A stretch of DNA of 63,144 bases, counting the filler, from Rozella allomycis CSF55 (taxonomy: Eukaryota): NCBI GenBank assembly GCA_000442015.1. It is 12 parts of 12 records of this genome, joined end to end, with 100 filler letters (N's around TTAATTAATTAA, not from the genome) between each part and the next. Parts side by side here need not be neighbours in the genome. Positions count along the whole stretch, not along the records: positions 1 to 3,825 come from KE560359.1; positions 3,926 to 10,108 come from KE560360.1; positions 10,209 to 37,133 come from KE560361.1; 9 more parts are not named here. The stretch is one strand, 5' to 3'. Both the position numbers and the translations under genes were made by a program. Below the pieces are notes generated by a model. The model did not search any database. It was not told the DNA's origin and saw only the letters and a list, made by a program, of their open reading frames with translations. Shown here piece by piece: positions 1 to 12,860 of the stretch. The stretch's first letter is position 1. Every line of letters starts with the position of its first letter.

Positions 1-715
1 CTAGTAACGATTGGCGGCAAGACCCTGTTCTTCATTAAGATACCTTGGGTGCGTTCGGTCGAGAGTAGGTAATGATATTTCGAGGCTATTTTGTTTACGG
101 ATATAAAATTTTTGTAGGCCTCTGATTCCTTCATTTAATTTATTGTCAATATTTACAGCTTTTTGTGATTGCTGTAGGTGATCGTACTCGTCAATCACCT
201 TTAGAACATGTTCATTCTGTCAAAATACACAAGTTTTAATACCTTTTGCTTTATGCACTCAAAATATCTCTTTCTGTCGGAAAAACAAAAAACTCTTGTG
301 CGGTAATAATGACCCTTCCAACTATTATTGTAAATCTAAGAAGTTACACTTTCTGGATCTTTAGAGCCATACTGTAGTAAATCCCTGCGTGTTCTTCCTC
401 GTATTTGTCTGTCAATTTAACTTCAAACCTACACCTCTCTCTATAACCTTTGTATATTTTTTGAATAATTGTAGCATTATAACTTTCTAATATAATTTAC
501 GCTTTATTCTTACCTTAAGAAGAGGAAATTACACTTTTCGACATATTTTTTCCATGCTCTCTGAATTATTAATGCAGAATGGTTCTCTTTGGTCCTGTTG
601 TTTTCCGCCTCTCTATCATTCACAATAGAATACATAATTACTTCCAAAAAGAAAAATAACTGTTTAGATAATCATCTTTGTAAACTTGTAGCAGTTCCAC
701 GACTTGCAATCCCAT
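1..715 (-). CDS. SPATA17: IQ-motif protein, SPATA17-like (4 introns)
   Basis: Manual splicing gives MGLQVVELL...EAENNRTKENHSALIIQRAWKKY...NATIIQKIYKGYRER...YYSMALKIQKVWKGHYYRTRVF...; three IQ motifs spaced as in SPATA17; GT-AG introns of 26-31 nt; stop at 1-3. Confidence 0.65.
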
Positions 716-815
716 TGGCGTTGTCAAGGAAGTCTGATTTCATGATTGACGCTTCAAATTAACTAGACTAGATAAGAATGATCTAAAAAGGCAAATTTTG
801 AGGCTGACACTTTCA

Positions 816-3320
816 ATGATGACTTTCAAAATCGAATTGATAATGCTACCACTATTGTGTTTTATAGCCACAATAATTTATTTAAAAATTGATTATAATA
901 CACCAGATGAAAAATTTAAATTAGACAACTCTTATTTTAATACAAATAGTACCTTTGACTCGCAAGGATGCATCGCAATTGGATATGATGAATTAAAACT
1001 TTCGATAATCGAGAAGTTGTTTAAACAACAATGTGGTCAAATATTAAATATCAATGAGGCTTTCTATGAAAAAAGGTACGCTCAACTAAAGATGAGAACT
1101 ACAATTCTTGCCCCAAGATTAATTGTCAAATTTCAAACTAAATCATTGGGAAACTACAACCTTGTAATATTTGACAAAAAGGACCTAGATTTTCTCCAAG
1201 ACTTCTGCTCCGATCGCAGCAATGTGTATCCTTGGACGTTACACTACATATTTATATCTTCAAGGAAAATAGACAAAAGCAAACTATGCACTGAAAGATT
1301 TGTTGACTGTACTGATCGTTTTTTTGAGAAAATTAATCTAGAAGATGTAGAACACAATGACACATTAATATATATAAATTCAGACTTGACTTCCCGTTCA
1401 GGTATTCAAAATATGCTTTCGCAACTTTCACTTCAGTACGTCGAGGTCAATGTTCTTTTGCTGAAACCTTATGATAAACTTAAGGAAGATTTTCCATTCA
1501 CAAAATATTTTTTCCACGTTCCAAGAATTTTAGACGACTTGCTTTCATTAGTTGGATATCACAAGACTATAATCATAATAGATAGCGAAGAAACATTGAT
1601 TTCTAATTTTATCGTTTCCTATTGCAAGTACGATCCTACATCAATATGTTATCACGATGATGAAAACCATGTAGTCAAATCTCTATCTTTCTTGGCGTTT
1701 TCAAATTTCCATTTCTTTAGATGGTATTCTAACATTTTAACTTTCGATGATATTCAAATCGGACCTTACCAGTTATTTGATGGTTGGTATAGGTTCTTCA
1801 CTACTGAAAAGTTGAAGATATTTTTGAAAATTCGGCTCGGAAAAGTTATGTATGTCTTTGTTGAAACTTGCAATGAGTATGTTTGGTTAAGAGGTATAGG
1901 TTTGAGAGCAAATGATTATGAACCTAAATGCTCGGCCAAAGGAAGTTTTCTAAAAGTAAATTTGAACAAAGGAATAATATATATTGAGCTTCCGAAGACG
2001 AGAATTTTATTTTTTTGGCAAGAATGTCACAATTCGTTTTCCATTCGTTTACGATCAGAGGAAAGCTTCCATGGTTTGCTTCATGACATTATAACAATAA
2101 AAGACTATAAGCAAACATATGCTTCGTATTTGATAGAACATCTGCAACTTTTGTCATCAGGAAAAATGAAGTATCATTTGAGCATGGAAGGCCCATTTTT
2201 CGGACATAGCAGTTTCTCTGTAGTTAATCTAAATACATTCATGTGTCTTAAAGATAATTTAGAATATTTTATTGATATAAAAACAAACAATATCCCATCG
2301 GCTAACCAAGAAACAGGACTCTCAATAGCTCAACTTTTTGCACTTAAGAGTATTGAAGGAAATAACTCTTTGCCGTCAAAAAAATTGAAAAGAATTGTTT
2401 ACAGGCATGAATGGCCTCCAAATTTAAATAGGAACGAGCAAGCTCTTTATTTACATGAACAACCTTGGGAATTCGACGCTCTACCTTACAAATGGATCAA
2501 GTCTTTTATAAATGACAAGAGATTGCACATAATTGTTCCCAGTGATTATAATAAAGGTTCTTTTCTTCGAGCCGGATTGGGGCCCAATCAAGTGAGTTCA
2601 ATTTCTTTAGGAACTAGTCCGCTAAAGTTTAGGATTCCTATTTTATCTGATTCAAATTTAAATCAAATGCATGAGAATAAATTTGTATTTTTCTTTAATG
2701 GGGGTCTTCTAGCAAGAAAGGGAATTGATATCCTATTACAAGCGTATATTGAAACTTTCAACAGCACATCAAAGACTAAATTAATAATTCATAGCAGCTA
2801 TGGTGATTCTTTTCATAGAAGAGAAATCCAAAAAGCAAAGTCAAATCCGAACTTCCCAGAACTAGTTTTCATTGAAAAAGACTTGACTTTTTATGAATTG
2901 CTTGAATTATATAAATCTTCAAATGTGTACATTAGTCCATATAGGTCTGAAGGATTCGGTTTAACAATTTTGGAAGCAATACAGTCTGGAAAACCTGTGA
3001 TAATTTCAAACTATAGTGCGCCTATTGAATTCGCATGGCGATCTAAGAGTACAATACTTGTAGGGGGTTTTGAAGAAGATTGTTTATGTTCTCCTTGTGG
3101 CTACAAGTCAGTTTTTGGTTTAAGAACTGAAAAATGTCCAAAGTGGTTTAAGCCAGATATAAATGACATATCTAAAATAATGAAAGAATTATATGTAAAG
3201 TTTGAAAACAATTCAACCGAGTATTTTAATGTGACTAATGCTAGACTCTCTGTAGAGCATCTCACGTGGGCAAACAGAGCAAAAAAGTTGCATGAAATCA
3301 TAAAAAATAAACTTGAATAA
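816..3320 (+). CDS. GT-B (GT4/Glycos_transf_1) glycosyltransferase with N-terminal membrane anchor, intronless
   Basis: C-terminal FFFNGGLLARKGIDILL...YISPYRSEGFGLTILEAIQSGKPVI (ExFGLxxxEA motif) preceded by RHEWPP...QPWEF; hydrophobic N-terminal segment; first ATG at 816. Confidence 0.85.
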   Translation: MMTFKIELIMLPLLCFIATIIYLKIDYNTPDEKFKLDNSYFNTNSTFDSQGCIAIGYDELKLSIIEKLFKQQCGQILNINEAFYEKRYAQLKMRTTILAPRLIVKFQTKSLGNYNLVIFDKKDLDFLQDFCSDRSNVYPWTLHYIFISSRKIDKSKLCTERFVDCTDRFFEKINLEDVEHNDTLIYINSDLTSRSGIQNMLSQLSLQYVEVNVLLLKPYDKLKEDFPFTKYFFHVPRILDDLLSLVGYHKTIIIIDSEETLISNFIVSYCKYDPTSICYHDDENHVVKSLSFLAFSNFHFFRWYSNILTFDDIQIGPYQLFDGWYRFFTTEKLKIFLKIRLGKVMYVFVETCNEYVWLRGIGLRANDYEPKCSAKGSFLKVNLNKGIIYIELPKTRILFFWQECHNSFSIRLRSEESFHGLLHDIITIKDYKQTYASYLIEHLQLLSSGKMKYHLSMEGPFFGHSSFSVVNLNTFMCLKDNLEYFIDIKTNNIPSANQETGLSIAQLFALKSIEGNNSLPSKKLKRIVYRHEWPPNLNRNEQALYLHEQPWEFDALPYKWIKSFINDKRLHIIVPSDYNKGSFLRAGLGPNQVSSISLGTSPLKFRIPILSDSNLNQMHENKFVFFFNGGLLARKGIDILLQAYIETFNSTSKTKLIIHSSYGDSFHRREIQKAKSNPNFPELVFIEKDLTFYELLELYKSSNVYISPYRSEGFGLTILEAIQSGKPVIISNYSAPIEFAWRSKSTILVGGFEEDCLCSPCGYKSVFGLRTEKCPKWFKPDINDISKIMKELYVKFENNSTEYFNVTNARLSVEHLTWANRAKKLHEIIKNKLE

Positions 3321-3825
3321 CCTTTGACAAAATTTTATGTTTATAAATTATCAAAATCTAAACAAATAATGAATGAAGATTACCTGAATTCGAATTATAA
3401 TCTCGGGCTAAATGGACTATTATTAATATTGGACTTTGGACTGCAAATATCACAAGATTTGATTTCACCATCGTTTCTGAGTGTTGTATGTGCATCTATG
3501 TAAAATGTAACGTATCCGTAATACAGCGCCCATATAACTATTATTTTTGTTAACATTGCATCCTTGGTAATTAAAATGACGAATACAATTCAATTCAAAG
3601 CTAATCCTTTCTATCGGACCATATATGAGCAGCGTTATTTGTTGATCATGGGAATTCTTCACTTAACCTTAACTGGGCTAGGAAGATCTCTTGTTGCTGT
3701 AATATGATAGAAAAGCTAATATAGATAAAATTAAATGCATGTTATAACAATATATGCTCCAATGACAATTTAATAACTTCAATATTAATACTCCAATCAA
3801 TAAGTAAAGAACTATAAAGTAGATT

Positions 3826-3925
3826 NNNNNNNNNNNNNNNNNNNNNNNNNNNNNNNNNNNNNNNNNNNNTTAATTAATTAANNNNNNNNNNNNNNNNNNN
3901 NNNNNNNNNNNNNNNNNNNNNNNNN
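3826..3925. other. Artificial contig spacer (1 of 11)
   Basis: N-run/TTAATTAATTAA/N-run, 100 nt, with stops in all frames. Others at 10109-10208, 37134-37233, 43618-43717, 45187-45286, 47048-47147, 51709-51808, 53356-53455, 58096-58195, 59760-59859 and 60996-61095. Confidence 0.98.
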
Positions 3926-6720
3926 AAGATGCGGGTTGGACGGCTGGTGAAGGCTGTTGGACAGTTCCATGCGAATGTGGAGCGGGATGACCAGAAGAGG
4001 CAGGAGAGGATGGCGCGGGAGCGTATCCAGGCGCTCAAGGCGGATGATGAGGAGGCGTATTTGAAGCTTGTGAGTCAGCAAAAGGATACGCGGATATCGT
4101 TCCTGTTGAAGCAGACGGATGAGCATTTAGCGTCGTTGACGCAGTTGGTGAGGGAGCAGCAGAATGAGTTGGGAGAGATTGAAGAGGAAAAGGAGGAGGA
4201 GTATTTGGGCGATGAGAGTAGGGCTAATTATTATGGAACGGCGCATCGAGTGCAGGAGAATGTTGTTGAGCAGCCGAGTATATTGATTGGGGGTAGACTG
4301 AAGGATTACCAGTTGAAGGGGCTGCAGTGGATGGTGTCGTTGTATAATAACCATTTGAATGGGATCTTGGCGGATCAGATGGGATTGGTAAGGGGATGAG
4401 GGGTGAATAGAATAGGGGAAAACGATACAGACGATTAGTTTGATAGCTTATTTGATGGAGGTGAAGAGACAGAATGGACCGTTTTTGATTATTGTTCCGC
4501 TTTCAACGATGACTAATTGGAGTTTGGAGTTTCAAAAATGGGCGCCTAGTATTAAAAAGGTTGATTATAAAGGATCGCCTAATGTGAGAAAGGGGCTGCA
4601 GGGGGAGATAAGAAAGATGAATCCGAATGTGATAATAACGACGTTTGAGTATATAATAAAGGATAGACAGTTTCTGTCAAGGATTAAGTGGTTGTATATG
4701 ATAGTGGATGAGGGACATAGGATGAAGAATGCGCAGAGCAAGTTGTCGTCGACTATTGGACAATACTATTCAACAAAGTATAGATTGATATTGACTGGGA
4801 CTCCACTGCAGAACAATTTACCAGAATTGTGGAGTTTGTTGAATTTTGTGTTACCGAAAGTGTTTAGTTCGATAAAGTCGTTTGATGAATGGTTTAATGC
4901 GCCGTTTGAGAATACAGGGGAGAGATTGGAGTTGAATGAAGAAGAGACGTTGTTGATTATTAGAAGATTGCATAAAGTTTTGAGACCATTTCTGTTGAGA
5001 AGATTGAAAAAGGATGTTGAATCAGAGTTGCCTGATAAAGTTGAGAGAATAATAAAATGTAAATTGTCGGCGTTGCAGATTAATTTGTATGAGAGTATTA
5101 AACAGAAATCCAGTTTGGAAAAGAAAGTGTAATTTAATTTTGAGAGTTTAAAAGTGGATTTAGGAAGTTGAATAATACGATTATGCAGTTGAGAAAGATT
5201 TGCAATCATCCGTTTGTGTTTAATGAAGTTGAGAGCCAAATGAACCCACACAAAGTTAACAATGAATTGTTGTACAGAACGAGTGGTAAATAATCTTTTA
5301 ATATAAGAAAAGGAAAGTTTGAGTTGTTGAGAAGAATATTGCCAAAGTTTCAAGCCAGCAATCATAAAGTATTGATATTTTTCCAAATGACGCAAATTAT
5401 GACTATAATGGAAGATTTGTTGAATATGATTGGAATTAAATATTTGAGATTGGATGGATCAACTAAATCTGAAGATAGAACGAAATGTTTAGAATTGTTT
5501 AATAAAAGTGATGAATTCAGTGTATTTCTATTATCAACGAGAGCTGGTGGATTAGGTAATTGAGTTGTTAAAGTGTTAACAATAGGTAATTGAGTTGTTG
5601 AAGTGTTAAAAGGTTTAAATTTACAATCTTCTGATACTGTTATAATATTTGATTCAGATTGGAATCCACACCAAGATTTACAAGCACAAGATAGAGCGCA
5701 TAGAATTGGACAAACAAAACAAGTGAGAATATTTAGACTTGTGACATCCAATTCAATTGAAGAAGTTATTTTAGCTAAAGCGCAATACAAATTAAACTTA
5801 GATGGGAAGATTATTCAAGCTGGAAAATTTGATAATAAATCTACAAATGAAGAAAGAGAAGCAATGCTAAGATCTTTACTTGACTCTGAAAGAAACAATA
5901 ACAATTCTGAAGACATTTTTGATGATGATGAATTAAATGATATTATAGCAAGAAATGATTCTGAATTAGATTTATTCAAAAGAATCGATAAAGAAAGAAA
6001 TGAATTTGATAAACAAACTTGGAATTTCAATGGTGATAAACCAAGGTACACTATCAATTGTTTAAACAAAATAGATTAATTGGTCAAGATGAATTGCCTC
6101 AAGTATTGTTAAACATTCCTGAAGAACAACCTCAAACTAATGATCTATTAGATTACAACAATGGAAGAAGAAAGAGAAAGACAATCAGCTATGATGAAAA
6201 CAACGATGATCCCTTTGATTCCAATCCAACTGAATCTGCTATAGAATCACAACAAGGTAGTTACGTTATTGACACACCACAAGGTATTGAATCACAACAA
6301 GGGTTAGACAATGAATTTCAACCATCAAAAGTTGCTTCTGATTTTAATAATCCACGAGACTTATTCTACGCTATAAACGCTGATCTCTACGCTTCAATCG
6401 ATTCATTCTCGTAACTAATTCTCTCTTACTCAAATAGTGGCCATCGTCGTATCGATCCTTTTATTATTCTTCCAAACGCTTCTGATTATCCAGATTACTA
6501 TGAAATCATCAAAAATCCTATCTGTTTATCCGACATTAAATACAAGGCCGACAATAACTTGTACTCTTCTTTTGATTCTCTCAAATCTGATCTCTGTCTC
6601 TTGTTTGACAATGCTCAAATTTACAATCAAGATGGCTCCATTATATTTGATGATTCTGTTGCACTAAAGAATATTGTCTTGAAATACTTTCCCACAAAAC
6701 TCAAGTTGAAAATTAAATAA
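3926..6720 (+). CDS. SNF2: SWI/SNF-RSC ATPase SNF2/STH1/BRM family, 5'-truncated
   Basis: HSA/post-HSA ([17 protein letters not shown]), [54 protein letters not shown], SnAC and a C-terminal bromodomain ([12 protein letters not shown]...NAQIYN). Introns at 4388-4415, 5129-5154, 5286-5312, 5556-5612, 6046-6074 and 6411-6437. Confidence 0.95.
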
Positions 6721-6841
6721 ACGATTGAATCAATATTTTAAAATGAATATTATTTTGATGAATTTATTCCTTGCATATTTCAAGCACCAAATATTTTCAT
6801 TTGTTAATCTCCTTGGTGATTTCCCTCTCCGATCACCTAAA

Positions 6842-8270
<1,429 letters not shown>

Positions 8271-8838
8271 ATTGTGTTTATTATTTTATACCCACAAGTG
8301 TGGATTTCTGGAATTTCATAGATTATATTTTGATGAGGGGATGGTTGGTTTGTGCAAAGCAGGAAGGAGAGACCTTTGGCCCCTCCCCTGGGAAAGGATG
8401 GAGTGAAACATTGCACATAGTGCTACGGCGTACAGCTTGTTGTAAACAAGCCCATTTTTTAAACGGTTGTGAATAGAATAAGAGCATGGCTTTAATATCA
8501 TCCATTACATAGTGATGGTAAGAGTGTTAAATTTCAAAATTATTCCCATGTGTTTTAAAAACATTCTACTGTGAACAAAAGTTTTATATGACAGGCGCGA
8601 AAGTGGTTCCTAGTCATGTATTTCGAGCCACTATTAGTAACCTGTCTCTTTTTCTCACAAGCCTCAGGGAGATTTAAACAGTGATTGATTTAAACCTGCA
8701 AAGGGTTATCACTCCCACTTGTTGATTATTAGGTAAAAAGTTCGCTCGTCCAGTGGCTTTAAAAAAATTTTCTTTAGGATTCCACGTTTATGGCTATATA
8801 CAAAAACATTTGAGATCTAAAGTCTATATGCTATATTT

Positions 8839-9738
8839 CTACTCTTTTATTGATAGAATCAATTCTTCTTCAACCCGCTGTATTTCATTGTTGATAAACT
8901 TCAGTCTTTGATTAACGTTGTTCTTTGGCAAAGATTTTAGAACTTTCGTGTATTGAGTATCAGGATTTAATTCTGGAGTATATTTTGGAGGACTGATTAT
9001 TCCAAAGTTTTCTTCAAAGTGATTCATTCCCAAGTTGCCAAATTTATCGGCGCTCATGGGTTTCGCGGCACCATTATCTCTAATTAAGTCATGCAAATGG
9101 CGGATTTCGCTATTTAGTTTCAGTCTTTTAAGGTAAATATAATTCATCTTACATTTTTTGATTTAGCAAGTCATTTTCGTCAGCCTTTTGGTACATTATT
9201 TCTTGCATTTCGTTACACTTTAAAAGAACGCGTTCCTTTTCTTCTTTTTCATATTCAATAGATTTCTTTAATTTTTCATTTTCTTTGAAACAAAGATTAC
9301 CATATATTACCTTCCGTCAGTGACTCTATGCGTGTCTTTTTATGGTCGAGGCTATTGATATCCGATTCTAATCTACTAAATGCCTTTTCTATTTGCGAAA
9401 TCTTTTTTTCATAACGCTGAAAACAGATTGAAAATCTTTAAACCTGGAATATTTTCTGCAAGGTTTGGTATAGCTCTGCTTGCTTCCTCTTGATTGATTC
9501 CTCAAAGTCCCTCTAATATAATTCATTAAGATAGCGTACTTTTGGCTTTTATTAAGTTTTCTAGTAACCGATGAGGCATTTTTGATGGAATCGTCTATTT
9601 TCTTAACACGTTGCTTGTATTCATCAAAATCTTTAGCCAAGTTGCAAGAGTATGTCTTTTGTATAGTATCATCTGCTTGCTTACTTGCATTACTTTATTG
9701 CAATCCTCTATACATTGTTGCAAGTTCTTCAAAGTCAT
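8839..9738 (-). CDS. Coiled-coil protein of unknown function (about 5 introns)
   Basis: Short ORFs join through 27-29 nt GT-AG introns into one K/E-rich heptad protein; start uncertain. Confidence 0.5.
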
Positions 9739-10066
9739 ACCACCGAGGAAGTAAACAATGCCAAGCAGGCAGATTAAAAAACCATATTCTATTAAGGTTT
9801 TAAACAGCGGTTTCGGAAAATGGTTTACAAAATTCAAGAATTTGGAAGCTGCTAAATTGGCTTGCTCAATAGAAAATAAAGATGCATAGCCTGCATGATG
9901 TGCTCAGGGTAATCTTAATAAATTCAATTTTATTCTTTAAAAAATATATAAGAGCCCACAAAATTATTGTTCCCAGCCCACGCACTGTAGCTTACGTGTG
10001 AAAATGTGGCGAAAAATGAAAATTGATCTTTCTAGCACACTTTTGACAGTCCCCCGGTTGGCACTT

Positions 10067-10108
10067 TATAAAGTAATTTAAAGAAAACTAATAAATAAAC
10101 ACTTTTAG
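10067..10108 (-). mobile_element. End of a Copia LTR at the contig break (same family as 62514-62685)
   Basis: tataaagtaatttaaagaaaactaataaataaacacttttag is nearly identical to the start of the LTR at 62514. Confidence 0.75.
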
Positions 10109-10208
10109 NNNNNNNNNNNNNNNNNNNNNNNNNNNNNNNNNNNNNNNNNNNNTTAATTAATTAANNNNNNNNNNNNNNNNNNNNNNNNNNNNNNNNNNNN
10201 NNNNNNNN

Positions 10209-11032
10209 TACCTGGTACTCACAATTCTTGCGCTTACAAAAATAAGACTTCAAACAATTCTAAACAAGATTCATTATATCTCTTTATGATCTCAAAGTGC
10301 GCTAAACGTTTTATTTATACCCAAAGCTGGGATATTTATTCGCAATTGAACAACGGGATTAGGTCTTTCGATCTTAGGATATCATTGCTGAAAGAAAAAT
10401 CAGAATATATTCCAATGGTTTCACATGCTGCAAAATTGCACCCTCTGGAAAGTATTCTCCACGAATTTATGTCCTTTCTGAATAGTCAAAAGACTGAAGT
10501 AATAGTAATATACATGAAAGGCGATTGGAATTATGAGCCACAGAATTGGATATCAGTAGCAAGCTTGGTGTTGAGAATTTTTAATGGAATCCTGGTCGAG
10601 CGAAAGAATTCATTATTTTCATTAAAACAATTGCGTCAAATTGGACAGCGAGTCTACCTTGTATGCTCCGAGCTTTCCTATCTCATCAAAGATACCTGTT
10701 TTCATGCGGATGAAATTTACATTGATCGTTGGTACAACACTTCATCTATTAACAATTTACGCAAATTTCTATCCAGGGACCTTAATTGCAATCGCTCGTT
10801 AGCTCAATTTTTCATAATTGGGGCTTTTCAAACTCCAAAACCCAAATCCCTGCTAAAGTCTTACGCTACCTTTAATAGAATTAACTTGAAGTTAATGGCA
10901 AAAGAGTCGAATAGAATACTACTAGAAGTTTTAAACTTTCAGCCCAAGACAAGAACTCCGCAATCCTTTCACGTAGATTTTCCTGACAAATCATTAATAA
11001 AAGCTATAATCTTGCTAAATTATAAAAATTAG
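10209..11032 (+). CDS. PI-PLC X-domain (PLCXD-type) phosphodiesterase, 5'-truncated
   Basis: In-frame PGTHNSCAY at 10211, TQSWDIYSQLNNGIRSFDLR, second His in VSHA, EVIVI, DF near the C-terminus. Confidence 0.85.
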
Positions 11033-11107
11033 AGTGTGTTAATAAATCTAGTTGTAAATATATTCATCAAGCTTTGGTTTGAATTTAGATTTTTCATTAT
11101 ATTGGAA

Positions 11108-12819
11108 ATGCATCAGTTCTTTATTCCGATAACAACGATAGCACTAATATTAATCAACTTGGGCAATTGTGTTCAAATGATTCTATGGATATCACTATGG
11201 TCCATATGGGAAAACGATTGGAAAGAACTGAACCAAACATTTTATTCCTTTATCATGAAAAAGAATCTTCCATACTCTTCCATGTTTTTAACGGCGTGTA
11301 TCTTTATATTTCTGTATCAACTATACTTGCTTGTTCGCTTTATTTCAACCTTGACTTCTAAAATGCATAAAGATGTAAATTATGATGAAGAATTGCCATT
11401 GCTACGTAATAAGTGTATTGAATGCAAGCGGTATTTGGAGGGCGGGTCAAAAATCGGTTCTGAAGAAAGAATTCTAACTGACATCGCAGTTCCCTGGATT
11501 CACAGTTTCATGACAATACTAATAATGATAATCTCAATATTAATATTCATACTTTATGACAAATTGTGGTCTTATCACATAAGCTGGGTTTGGTTGGTTA
11601 TGGTTTCTGTTCTTCCAATATTGCAACCGTTCCTGGTTATACTGTGTTTATTTCTTAGTATGTACAGCGTCCAAAAATGTTTAAAAACACTCAAAAAGAA
11701 AAATACGACTAAAAGGTTGTTTTTCTGGGCACAAGAGTTCGCCATTTCATACACCACACTCCATGGTGTCCTTTATTTACTAATTAGTATATTTAACATC
11801 TTTATTATATTGTTTTTATTCTTAGTCCCATTCTTCTTTCCTTCACCTCATCTAGTTGATGACAATTTTAAACTCCCGCCAAAACCCGTACTCATTGCAC
11901 ATCGCGGAAGTCCTTTAGAGGCACCTGAAAATTCAATACTATCGTACGAAGTGGCATTGAACAAAAGTAATTTGCTGGGTGTGGAAACAGATTTGAACAT
12001 ATCGATGGATAAGGTATAAAAGTGTATCATATTATTTCAAAAGGTTGTGTATCTACTGCATGATAATACTTTTAGGAGAACAACGAACATAGAGACAATA
12101 TTCCCCGATAGAATAGATGATCCAGCATATTCTTTTGATTGGAAAGAAATTAGAAAGCTGTCACTCAAGATGGGTGACACTGTGACAAATGAAAAAATCC
12201 CTAATTTCGATTCCCTTTTAAAGTTGGTAAAGAAATACCCTAGCAAAAAGTTAATTTTCGATGTAAATTATCCACCAAAGGGGAATATTCTGTCCAAAAC
12301 GCTTCGAGATAAATTGTTTGAAAGTATAGTTCGTAGTAATTTGACAGACCAAGTAATAGTTTACTTTATTTTTAGTAGGTGATATTTTTGAACCTGAAAG
12401 TACCACGCAAATTTAAGGGAAACATAACTGATCATATTAATGCGAAAGATGCAGGGCGACTAATATCTGTTAATGAAATCATAGCTGGAAACATAACATT
12501 CTTAAATATTCCATTGGGAGTACCACATTCATATATCCAGAGTATTCAACGGTATAATCAAAGAGTGCAAACAGAAGCCAACTCTCACACAAGGCCGATA
12601 CATTTAAATGTTTACGTCGTTTCACATCCATTATTCTTTTCTCAAGTTTGGCTTTTAGGAATTGATTCTGTCACAACAAATTGCGTGGAAAAAATGAATG
12701 CTATGTCGAGGCCGATATGGTACATGAAGAGAAAATATTACATTGCTACGGTTTTTCCAATCAATGCATTGTCGGCGATTCTTTTGTTGGTATATCTCAT
12801 TCAAATTTTTAAGCAATAA
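11108..12819 (+). CDS. Multi-pass membrane glycerophosphodiester phosphodiesterase (GDPD5/GDE2-like)
   Basis: Several TM helices, then IAHRGSPLEAPENS, GVETD, LLHDNTFRRTTN, GIDSVTTN and a C-terminal TM; two short GT-AG introns near 12014 and 12353. Confidence 0.85.
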
Positions 12820-12860
12820 AGTTTTCAAGTTTTCTGCTGGTATTTTTTCATTTTTCGTAA

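Noticed and set aside
3826..3925. Repeated TTAATTAATTAA palindrome between N-runs, 11 times
   Set aside because: Fixed 100-nt concatenation linker with stops in all frames. It is not biological, and genes on either side are not neighbours.
4376..4378. ADQMGLGKT instead of the usual ADEMGLGKT in SNF2 motif I
   Set aside because: Single-base difference with GKT and DEGH intact; cannot be separated from sequencing error or a tolerated variant.
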